Source: Planctomycetota bacterium (lineage in GTDB: Bacteria; Planctomycetota; PLA2; JAEUHO01). From it: a stretch of 64,000 nucleotides of DNA. Positions 19,480 through 27,878 of the stretch are shown piece after piece. The stretch's first letter is position 1, and each line of letters starts with the position of its first letter. The position numbers and the translations under genes were made by a program. The stretch spans positions 2,432,001 to 2,496,000 of the forward strand of contig CBDCTJ010000007.1 in assembly GCA_965222115.1 (NCBI GenBank), written 5' to 3'. The notes beneath the pieces are model-generated. The model worked only from the letters and a program-made list of their open reading frames with translations. It searched no databases and was not told the DNA's origin.

Positions 19480-20199
19480 ATGACGGTATCATCTCAAGAT
19501 GGGTGGCCCTGTGAAGCGAGGTTGCTGGTCGTGGCATATACGTCGCTCCATCTCACAGAACGGATGCACCCGTATTCAGCGCGGGCGGCTACGCCAAGAA
19601 ACCAGCAAGTATCCGGACCGACTACCCCTCCACTACGCGCTTTCGCCATCTCCATGTGGATTCACGGTGATTCTGGAACTACATTGACGTTGCGCTGCAA
19701 AGACCCTGCGCACGACATCGCCTATTGCGTTGGAACCGACAGCCCTGATCGAGACGTGGAGTTGGTAGGAGTGGACGTGGACGGCAAACTTGCGCGCTTT
19801 ACTGTCAGTCGCGGCGACGAGCAGCACACGTTCAGGTTCGATCGCAGCCGTGAGTTTCACAGCAGCGTGATTCGATTCAGTCCGCGTGGAGCAGCTTTAG
19901 GCGCTCAAGGCTATCAATCCCAAGCGGTCGCAAGCTCCAAGCACCCAGACCTCAAGGCAGTTCCTTACTTCGATGACCGCGGCAAGTGCATTGGCATGCG
20001 AGTGACGGGAATAAGATCCGAGTCGGGTTGGGCTGGCTTAGGCCTTACGCGTGGTGACGTACTACTCGCCGGAGATGGGATCGCGGTGAAGCAGCCTGCG
20101 ATGTTTCGAAAACGAGTGAGGGAAGGGTGGTCGCCAAAGAGTCTCAAGATAGGGAAGATTGACGGTAACGGGCTTCGAGAGGTCGAGCTGGGCGGGTAG
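19480..20199 (+). CDS. Hypothetical protein with GspC-like PDZ C-terminal domain (possibly degraded)
   Basis: AVPYFDDRGKCIGMRVTGIRSESGWAGLGLTRGDVLL. Confidence 0.5.
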   Translation: MTVSSQDGWPCEARLLVVAYTSLHLTERMHPYSARAATPRNQQVSGPTTPPLRAFAISMWIHGDSGTTLTLRCKDPAHDIAYCVGTDSPDRDVELVGVDVDGKLARFTVSRGDEQHTFRFDRSREFHSSVIRFSPRGAALGAQGYQSQAVASSKHPDLKAVPYFDDRGKCIGMRVTGIRSESGWAGLGLTRGDVLLAGDGIAVKQPAMFRKRVREGWSPKSLKIGKIDGNGLREVELGG

Positions 20200-20555
20200 C
20201 TGGATGTATCACGTTGTGGGGAGGGGTGGTGTAAATCCTTGGGAGAATTGGGTTTACGAGCGAGCGTCCAAACGCACGTTTTTTCTCACGGGTTTTGGGG
20301 CTTTCTGCGCATTTACCCTGTTGCGCTTTGGTTGTCTTCCTGCGTATCCGTGGCTTGCTCCAAGAGAGCCCGAGCGGCCCGAATGAGGGGGAGTGGATCC
20401 GGGACTGTCTCGGCGAGCTTCAGGAGGTCCGCTGCCATCTCTGCTGGGGTAGGCACATGCACGCTCTGACGCAAATGGGGCACACTGGAGGGCACACCCA
20501 GGGCGTGTACCTGTCGTATGTCCTGATCAACCTGGCAGTTGCGACCTGTGTCGAT

Positions 20556-20602
20556 TGGCTTTGCAAGCCAGGGGTCACCGGTTCGAATCCGGTTGCCTCC
20601 AC
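20556..20602 (+). repeat. attR: displaced tRNA-Ala 3' half
   Basis: TGGCTTTGCAAGCCAGGGGTCA is identical to 12872-12893; the T-arm is a variant. Confidence 0.9.
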
Positions 20603-20814
20603 ATTTGATCGCGCGACCTATATTGAATCGCGCGTCTCATAGCGATGGATACGGTGTACGGGAAGAAACCACACTATTTTGAGGAAGTGTTATTTTCTTT
20701 GCCGGGCACCAAGCCAAAGTCCAATCCACATCGTTTTGACATATCTCAGCGTTCCAACGAAGTCCCTTGTCGGGACGCTCCGTGACTCGGATCAGGTAGA
20801 GATCCGCATTTTTG

Positions 20815-21165
20815 TCACGACTCCAACGCATTGACAAACGCGATAAACAATGCGACCGACGCAAACAAGCCGAAGATACCAATGCCAAATGCCACGCGCC
20901 GCGATAGCCATCTTGACGTGCTGCTCCCCGACAAAACATAGAGTAGTCCGCTCGCTGCGAACATAAAGAGGCAGATATACGCGAGCGTCCGAATGAGCCT
21001 CGTGTCGGGCCTTGGGCCCCAGCTGCCCATATTGCTCATGCCTTGGGCCCAAAGGAAGGCGGTGACGCCAAACAACGCCATCAATAGGGGCACTGTAATG
21101 ATTGCGACGCCGATCCACGCGCGATTGCGTCGCTTCTTCCTGGAGATTCGATTGGAACGAGACAC
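20815..21165 (-). CDS. Small membrane protein with three hydrophobic helices
   Basis: Basic N-terminus followed by three TM-like segments; directly follows the upstream gene. Confidence 0.55.
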   Translation of the reverse strand: MSRSNRISRKKRRNRAWIGVAIITVPLLMALFGVTAFLWAQGMSNMGSWGPRPDTRLIRTLAYICLFMFAASGLLYVLSGSSTSRWLSRRVAFGIGIFGLFASVALFIAFVNALES

Positions 21166-21167
21166 CG

Positions 21168-23624
21168 TTAGTCGTCCGATTGCTCTGTAAGTGCTATTTC
21201 CACATGTTCACCGGGGCGTCCGTTGGCACTTCCTTCGAAGGGCTTGCCCTTAATCTCACAGTAGATGGATATGGGCCATGTTCCGGGCGGTATGTCGAGT
21301 ATCTCGAATGACCGCTTTGATGTGTTCCACTTAACTCGAAAGGAGACTTCCGCTTCATACTCGCTGAAGTTTGGTCCCAGCGGTCCACCAGGGAGAGATA
21401 CGAAATGCTCCTCAATATCGGCCAATGAATGGCCATCCGGCGCAATCAACTGCCCGCGAATGGAGTTCGCCAGATGGGTGTCAATGTGAACCATGTCTGT
21501 ACTCGGCGTGATGCCTAGCTTGTATCCGCCGCGCCCGCCTGAAAGTCGAAGGACGCACACATTGAACTTCCCGGTGGGGGACACCTCATTGAATGTGGCT
21601 ACGCCATCCCGATTGATGGGCGCACGTCGAAAGATGGAGAAGCTTCCCACCTGCTGCAGGTATGCCATCTTTCCCCGATCATCCACATTCCAAGGGTGAA
21701 ACCGGACGTTGAGTTCGATGGGCAATGCGCCTCGATCCAGCATCAGAGTTACGTTTTTTGCGCCTGCGTCGGCCTTAGCACCTTTTCGGACACCGTCCGC
21801 CGAGAGCGTGTATTGCCCTTTGCGAAGTCCGACTAATACGAATCGGCCATCGCTGTCGGTACGCGTACCCGGATAACTCACGGTGTAGCCATCACTAAGC
21901 GACGCCTCCGAATCCCGAGTCGGTACGGTGCCTCCATAGGGCATGCCGTTCCCGATACCCCTAACCCAGATTCCCTTCACCGGCTTGCCATCCCTGTCAA
22001 TTATGCGTCCTGAAATCTGATGGGCGAGGGGCAAGACGAATCGATTTTCGCCGCGATTCCACACTTCCTGAAACACGGGCAACACATCCTTTCGTCGTGG
22101 CGGGGGCTGTATGTCAATGCGGTAGTCCCTATCCGGTAGTAGGCCCCGAAGCTCGGCGACGCCCTCCTCATTTGTCGTGGCTTCACTCTGTACGTCGGTG
22201 CTTCCGCGCGGGAACGTCGCGAAGACTCTAGCGCCTGCGATCGCAATCCCTTGTTCATCTATCACGGTGACCGAGTGCTCTTCGCCTCGCCTTAGTTCGA
22301 TGATGAGCTTCTCTTGCCCCGGTGTTGCCCGCAACGAATCGATGCGGCAAAAGGGGCCTGGCGCACCAGATACATCAACTACGTAGGGCGTGTTGGCAAG
22401 ACCCTCGAACCGAAACTGCCCCGTGCTATCACTCACACACTCGTGCGAACTGTAGCGCTTCAGTTTTGATGGCTTCCATGCAAGTAACTTCTCCTCGATT
22501 TCGGGAAACGGCATTAGTGCGCGAACCTTGACACCCGGTATGGGGTCGCCGTCAATGGTCTGAACGACGCCGACCAGTTCACATTGTTTCTTGCGCTGAA
22601 TCACGGCTTGTGCCAATGGAAATGGGCCGGCAATCTGCTCACCCAGCCCACGCTCCGGGTCGGCGTGTAGGAAGACGAAGTACTTCGCACCGGCTACATG
22701 CTCGATTCGAGTTGGCGTATTGAACGGGGAGACTCCAAACCATGCGGAACTTGAGTGATGGCTCGACAGAGAGATCAGCGACCCCGAAGACGCGACAAGC
22801 TGACCGTCTATATCCAGCGTTTGGATCCGAAACACGACCTTGTCCCCAGGTCGCGCGCGCATCATCTGGACGGCAACGTCTTGAGTGCCCGCTTCTGCCG
22901 AAACGTGCCCAGACCAAGCGCCTTCCTTTGACGAACCTAGAACAACAAACGACTTCTTTCCTGACTCTAGCGCGTAAATCGAAAATCTCCCATCCCCATT
23001 CACGTCAAAGTCGGGCCTTGGAACACCTTGCGCTTCTGGCTCTATGAGAATGTCACTCGCATGCAGTCCGGGGGGTAAATCAATGTGACCATGAATCGTC
23101 AGTCCCGGGGAGAGCGCAACACGAAGCTCGAACTGACCCGGCGAGAGCTTTCTTGGCGTACCTGTATCCCTCTTCGCGATGTAGCGACGTGCATTGACGA
23201 AGAATGAGTCCACACTCGCCCTAACATTGCTAACTCGAAATCGACCCAAAGCGTCCGTCTGGCCCGTGGAGATCCGATAGATAGACTCTCTCTTAGCGAT
23301 GCCAACCGATACATGCTGACTGCTGATGGGCGACTTATTGTCCTCGTCTACGAGATATATCGTAACGGTATCCCGGTCGTCACTCGTGGCGGCCTCTTGC
23401 TTCGGCGCGGGTATGGCTTGGCGATTCGATCCGCGAAGCGCCGCTCCCCCGACTTCGACGCGTCTTGTCTTTGTAGTCCTTGATTCGCTATTGCGATCTT
23501 TGACAGGCGTCGATTCTCCACTTCGACGGTGTCCCGTTGCAAGCACCATCACTCCGATGGTCAACGCAAGTCCAACAACACCGATTACGAGCAGTCCGTT
23601 GCGATTCGTTCCATGTCTATTCAC
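21168..23624 (-). CDS. Membrane-anchored protein with carboxypeptidase-regulatory-like (prealbumin-fold) repeats
   Basis: N-terminal TM; repeats such as ISGRIIDRDGKPVKG...TDSDGRFVLVGL. Confidence 0.8.
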   Translation of the reverse strand: MNRHGTNRNGLLVIGVVGLALTIGVMVLATGHRRSGESTPVKDRNSESRTTKTRRVEVGGAALRGSNRQAIPAPKQEAATSDDRDTVTIYLVDEDNKSPISSQHVSVGIAKRESIYRISTGQTDALGRFRVSNVRASVDSFFVNARRYIAKRDTGTPRKLSPGQFELRVALSPGLTIHGHIDLPPGLHASDILIEPEAQGVPRPDFDVNGDGRFSIYALESGKKSFVVLGSSKEGAWSGHVSAEAGTQDVAVQMMRARPGDKVVFRIQTLDIDGQLVASSGSLISLSSHHSSSAWFGVSPFNTPTRIEHVAGAKYFVFLHADPERGLGEQIAGPFPLAQAVIQRKKQCELVGVVQTIDGDPIPGVKVRALMPFPEIEEKLLAWKPSKLKRYSSHECVSDSTGQFRFEGLANTPYVVDVSGAPGPFCRIDSLRATPGQEKLIIELRRGEEHSVTVIDEQGIAIAGARVFATFPRGSTDVQSEATTNEEGVAELRGLLPDRDYRIDIQPPPRRKDVLPVFQEVWNRGENRFVLPLAHQISGRIIDRDGKPVKGIWVRGIGNGMPYGGTVPTRDSEASLSDGYTVSYPGTRTDSDGRFVLVGLRKGQYTLSADGVRKGAKADAGAKNVTLMLDRGALPIELNVRFHPWNVDDRGKMAYLQQVGSFSIFRRAPINRDGVATFNEVSPTGKFNVCVLRLSGGRGGYKLGITPSTDMVHIDTHLANSIRGQLIAPDGHSLADIEEHFVSLPGGPLGPNFSEYEAEVSFRVKWNTSKRSFEILDIPPGTWPISIYCEIKGKPFEGSANGRPGEHVEIALTEQSDD

Positions 23625-23704
23625 GGTCAGAACAGTAACACGTGCTCATGTTGTGGGCATTGAATTCTGGACGATACAGTGTCGAGACAATCCACACCTT
23701 ACCT

Positions 23705-24223
23705 TTAATGTGAGCCGCGATTCTTTCCAACGCATTGAAGATCATTGTCCCATGCTCCATATTGCCTATCCATTTGGCGAACAACTACGTCATGGGGCAG
23801 GTTTGAAACGCTTGTTCTTGTTTGTCGAAATGCGTGAAATTTGCCCGTACACCGTATCTTTACGAGCGTTCGACTTGGATGGGTATTCACATCGTCAATG
23901 CGATGCACGAACGACTGATCGCGCATATGTGCGCGCGCTGGCATGGCGGTGTCGAGCGTTTCACCGTTCTCACTAAGCACGAGAGCGATGGAAAAGCGAT
24001 TGTAGGGGACGCCGCTCATCGACAACGTCTGAGTAGCGGCACCGTTTTCTGACGCCGAAAGCGTCTTGTGAACCAAAAACCGATCTTACGTCGTTGATGG
24101 ATCCCCATTCTCATCGGCATAGGCGTCGAGCCGCACGCCGCCTCCTCCACCGCCACAGGCGGTGAGTGAGAGCGCAGCGAGCAATACAGGTAGATAGCAA
24201 AGCAGGTTATTTGAGGGATACAT
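23705..24223 (-). pseudogene. Lipoprotein pseudogene with in-frame TAA at codon 46
   Basis: AAGGAG SD, ATG 24223, MYPSNNLLCYLPVLLAALSLTACGGGGGG; TAA at 24086-24088; reading continues in frame into ORF 23705-24076. Confidence 0.7.
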
Positions 24224-24416
24224 TGCAGGTCTCCTTGACCCCATCCCCCGGGGTCAGGAGCTACATAGGATTTGCCCGCTGCGGATGGCGCGAAACTCGG
24301 CGAAATTCTTCCGCGCGTCAGCCCTGTCCCCATTTTTAGCGGCTTCGAGTTGCTCCGACCCGCGAAATCCGAAATTTTCCGTACGATGCCGACCGAAACA
24401 CGTCTGTACGGGTGTC

Positions 24417-27400
24417 ATGTCAATGGATGCCGAACTACTTGAGCGCTACCGCACGCAGGGGGATCGCGATGCGTTGAACGAACTCTTGGGGCGTCACTAT
24501 CCCCACGTGTATCAAGTGGCATTGCGGCTTGTGCACAACGAGTTCGACGCGCGCGATGTTGCGCAGTCCGTGTTCCTCAAGGCGATTCGAAGTGTTCATC
24601 AGGTTCGTAATCCCCGCGCGTTTCGTTCGTGGTTACTCAAGATCACGGTGAATGAGGTGCGTGGGGGGTGGCGCAAGCAGCAACGCGCACCGCATCTGGA
24701 ACAGTTGTTCGGCGAGATCGTGAGGACACAACCCGCCACACAGTCCAAGCAAGCAAGTCGTCGTGAATTCGAGTTGGCGCTTGAGAATACTCTCGAATCA
24801 ATGCCCCCTGAGCTCAAGGCACCTCTTGTGCTGCGCTATTACCAGGCGCTCTCTTTGTCGGAAATCGCGGAGATCTTGGAACTTCCTAAGTCCACCGCTC
24901 AGTTTCGTCTTCAGCGAGGCGTAAGGCGCCTTAGGCGCCGATTCGGTCGTAAACGACTTTCGCTCATGGCGCCATACCTGTCCGAGATATCGATTCCTGG
25001 AACCGCTTCGGCACTCGTCACGGTGGGAGGGCTTTTCTGTATGAAAACAATCATGATTGGCGTTGGAGCCGTCGCCGTGATCCTTGGCGTCCTTCTCTTC
25101 CTGCTTAAAGCCGAGCCGCCTTCGTTTTACGCGCCATCAACGGCCAAAGGCGAAACCGATTCCCACGAATCGGACGAGGATCGTGACTCTCCACCAAAGC
25201 TAACCGCGAGCACAACGTCGGAGACTACCAGTCAGGAATCGAGTGAGACGATTGCTGACGTCGTTACTACAACGGGCCCTGGTGTGATTGGAGGCGTGGT
25301 CTTGGCGGAGGCTAGGGGACATCCCGTTTCGCACGCGCGTGTGGTGGTTCGATACGCACGCCACCACCGCAACAACTGGGTTACTGACGATCACCCCAAC
25401 GCTTGTGCCAATGTGTACTCAACCGACCGCAACGGTGAGTTTCGATGCCACGAGCTTCCTGTCGACCGCGTTTACGACCTACATGTGTCGCATCCAGACT
25501 TTGGTTATGTCGAACGTTGTGGCGTCACATTGAGCGTGTCGAGTCAACACGTCAATATGGGTGTTGTGGAGTTGCCCGAGCAGCGTGCACTTCGTGGCAT
25601 TGTTCGAGATGTGAACGGCACACCCGTCGCCGGCGTGAACATCTATGCAGGTGACTACGATCGAGCACTGCCCATGCTCTCGCCCACGCTCTCGTCAACG
25701 CTTCGACGGGGCGTGACGACGACAAGTGACCGACACGGGAAGTTCACCCTGCACGGGCTTGCGCCGGGATTCCATCGATTGCTCGCCATGCATCCGGGGT
25801 ACGCAAGCACGGTTCGATCGAAGGTTTTCGTGCCACGCACCGCCAAGCCAGCGCACATAGATGTCACACTGAACGCTGTGAACGTTACATCGGGCCTGGT
25901 ATTGGACGAGCAAAAGCACCCCATCGCAAACGCCCTGATCATCGTGAACATCGATGAATTTTTTGAGCGAGGCTCGCGCGGATTTTCGTATCGACATCAC
26001 TGGTCGCGCATTCAGTCGGACGAACGAGGCATATGGCGCGTGACTGATTTCCCCGCCGATGGGCCCTATACCGTGTCGATTCGGATCGAGAAAGAGGGAT
26101 ATCAACCGAAGGATGTTGAGTACATTGGGCTGGGCTCCAAGTTAATGCCGGTTACCCTCACATCGAGTGATACGAAATTGGGCACCGTTGTGTCCGGAAC
26201 CATTGTAGACGATCGAGGCGCACTTGTCGATGCGTCCAACGGCCAAGTGTGGCTTGTTTCCGTAGATAAACCGCGTATCGCGGGCACGTTTGATTCACTC
26301 ACAAGTCAATATTCGTTCGAGGGCATAGCGCCGGGTCTCTATTCGATTCATGCGGATCTCTTGGGCTATCGGCGTGGCATCAAGAGTGACGTGCGCGTGG
26401 CGTCCAGCCCGCTACCTGACATCCGCGTCTCGGTGTTGCGTGGACTCACATTGAATGGTCGAATACTCGATGCCAAGACCGATGAGCCCATTCCCGGTGC
26501 ACAGCTAATCTACCGTGGATTTACGATACACGCCGACACCATGGGTGCCTACGAACTCGGGGGACTGTCGAGCGGACGAACTACAGTCGGTGCAATCGGG
26601 CTGCGCGCTGCCGGTTACTTCGATGCATCGCCGTCATACTTCGCACCAAAGGACGCGCGTCATCACACACTTGACTTCAAGATGATTCCGGTAGACGAGG
26701 GCATCACAGTTCTCGGCAAGATAGTGGATGCATTTGGCAAGCCGATCGCGGGTGCCCACGTGCGCTACAAGACGGTCGACGGTGTGGTTCGTTCAGTTTC
26801 TGCATTTTCGAAGCGTGATGGATCGTTCGAGTTCCCGCCTCAAAAGGCCGATGCTCTCGAATCGACAGTCACGTTGATGGTGACCCACTCGCGATTTGCA
26901 CCGTTGGAAGTTGGCGTGCCGAAGGCGGAAGCGCACCTACCGAACACGGTAGTGCTCAATCCAGGCAGATCGGTTGCGGGCACGGTCAAGGACTCAAGGG
27001 GCAAGCGTGTCTCTCACGCGCATGTAACCGCCGTGATCGGTCGAGTGCCCACGCGCCTCAAGGAAGGTGCGTTCGATGATCGCGAGGTGGCCAGCGCCCG
27101 TGAGATTGGGAGCGTCCTAGCCGACGCACGCGGAGACTTCGTAATTGAGCATCTGCCTAGCGAGGCCCTCACCCTGTTGGTCACCGGCACCCGTGTGCGT
27201 TATACGATGGGGAAGGACCATATCGGACATGTGATTGCCAAGGGTGCCTCCGATGTCGTCGGTGTCTCGGTTCCGATTGAGCGCGAGCAGATTGCGGAAG
27301 GCGTTGTGGTCTATGGCGATGGAACCCCTGCCCATGACGTGTCCTTACGTGCGTCGTCTACATTTGCGTGGACGCCCGTCCGGGAGGACGGGTCCTTTCG

Positions 27401-27752
27401 CATCGATGGCATCTACGGGCGCGGCGCTCAGCTCAAACTGAACGGAGTTACTGTTCGCCCGCGCGTCGCGCCCATCGAAGTCGCCGATCAGCCCATGCGC
27501 ATAGTCGTGGATCGCTGCGGAATCGTTCATGGAACTGTGGGACTATCGGATCGCATACGTGCCGGTGCCGACGTTGTGATCGAGCGTTCCGATGGTGTGC
27601 ATGAGCGAGCACCCTTGCAACGAACGGGCGCGTTTCGGTTCACGCGTGTGTTGCCGGGCGACTACGTCCTGCGCCTGGGCCAAATCGAACTCGCCGTCAA
27701 GGTCAAGGCCGGCGAAACGACCGATCTGGGCGCACTGCGCGTCGAGAAATAG
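24417..27752 (+). CDS. ECF sigma-70 factor fused to a TM helix and carboxypeptidase-regulatory-like repeats
   Basis: Sigma2 (DARDVAQSVFL, FRSWLLKITVN), sigma4 (LSLSEIAEILELPKSTAQFRL), TM, many GxVxDxxGxPV repeats. Confidence 0.88.
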   Translation: MSMDAELLERYRTQGDRDALNELLGRHYPHVYQVALRLVHNEFDARDVAQSVFLKAIRSVHQVRNPRAFRSWLLKITVNEVRGGWRKQQRAPHLEQLFGEIVRTQPATQSKQASRREFELALENTLESMPPELKAPLVLRYYQALSLSEIAEILELPKSTAQFRLQRGVRRLRRRFGRKRLSLMAPYLSEISIPGTASALVTVGGLFCMKTIMIGVGAVAVILGVLLFLLKAEPPSFYAPSTAKGETDSHESDEDRDSPPKLTASTTSETTSQESSETIADVVTTTGPGVIGGVVLAEARGHPVSHARVVVRYARHHRNNWVTDDHPNACANVYSTDRNGEFRCHELPVDRVYDLHVSHPDFGYVERCGVTLSVSSQHVNMGVVELPEQRALRGIVRDVNGTPVAGVNIYAGDYDRALPMLSPTLSSTLRRGVTTTSDRHGKFTLHGLAPGFHRLLAMHPGYASTVRSKVFVPRTAKPAHIDVTLNAVNVTSGLVLDEQKHPIANALIIVNIDEFFERGSRGFSYRHHWSRIQSDERGIWRVTDFPADGPYTVSIRIEKEGYQPKDVEYIGLGSKLMPVTLTSSDTKLGTVVSGTIVDDRGALVDASNGQVWLVSVDKPRIAGTFDSLTSQYSFEGIAPGLYSIHADLLGYRRGIKSDVRVASSPLPDIRVSVLRGLTLNGRILDAKTDEPIPGAQLIYRGFTIHADTMGAYELGGLSSGRTTVGAIGLRAAGYFDASPSYFAPKDARHHTLDFKMIPVDEGITVLGKIVDAFGKPIAGAHVRYKTVDGVVRSVSAFSKRDGSFEFPPQKADALESTVTLMVTHSRFAPLEVGVPKAEAHLPNTVVLNPGRSVAGTVKDSRGKRVSHAHVTAVIGRVPTRLKEGAFDDREVASAREIGSVLADARGDFVIEHLPSEALTLLVTGTRVRYTMGKDHIGHVIAKGASDVVGVSVPIEREQIAEGVVVYGDGTPAHDVSLRASSTFAWTPVREDGSFRIDGIYGRGAQLKLNGVTVRPRVAPIEVADQPMRIVVDRCGIVHGTVGLSDRIRAGADVVIERSDGVHERAPLQRTGAFRFTRVLPGDYVLRLGQIELAVKVKAGETTDLGALRVEK

Positions 27753-27878
27753 CCAGCTGGCGGCTTTGAGACCAGGGCGTATCCGGTTCATTTGCTTCGT
27801 GCACCAACGTAGGGACTAAGTGTGTAAGGGCTTCGCCCATTCGAGCGATTTTCTGCGCTCTGTCGTAGTCTTTTGGCG

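Larger units (their letters stand above)
12872..20602. mobile_element. Tyrosine-integrase integrative element inserted in tRNA-Ala (attL 12872-12918, attR 20556-20602)
   Basis: Direct repeat of the tRNA 3' half; adjacent int, RHH and xis genes; orphan cargo genes. Confidence 0.9.

Noticed and set aside
20556-20602. Second tRNA-Ala gene
   Set aside because: It has no 5' acceptor strand or D-arm; it is the attR fragment
24086-24088. Possible stop-codon recoding (Sec/Pyl) in the lipoprotein gene
   Set aside because: The stop is TAA, not TGA or TAG; a nonsense mutation or sequencing error is simpler
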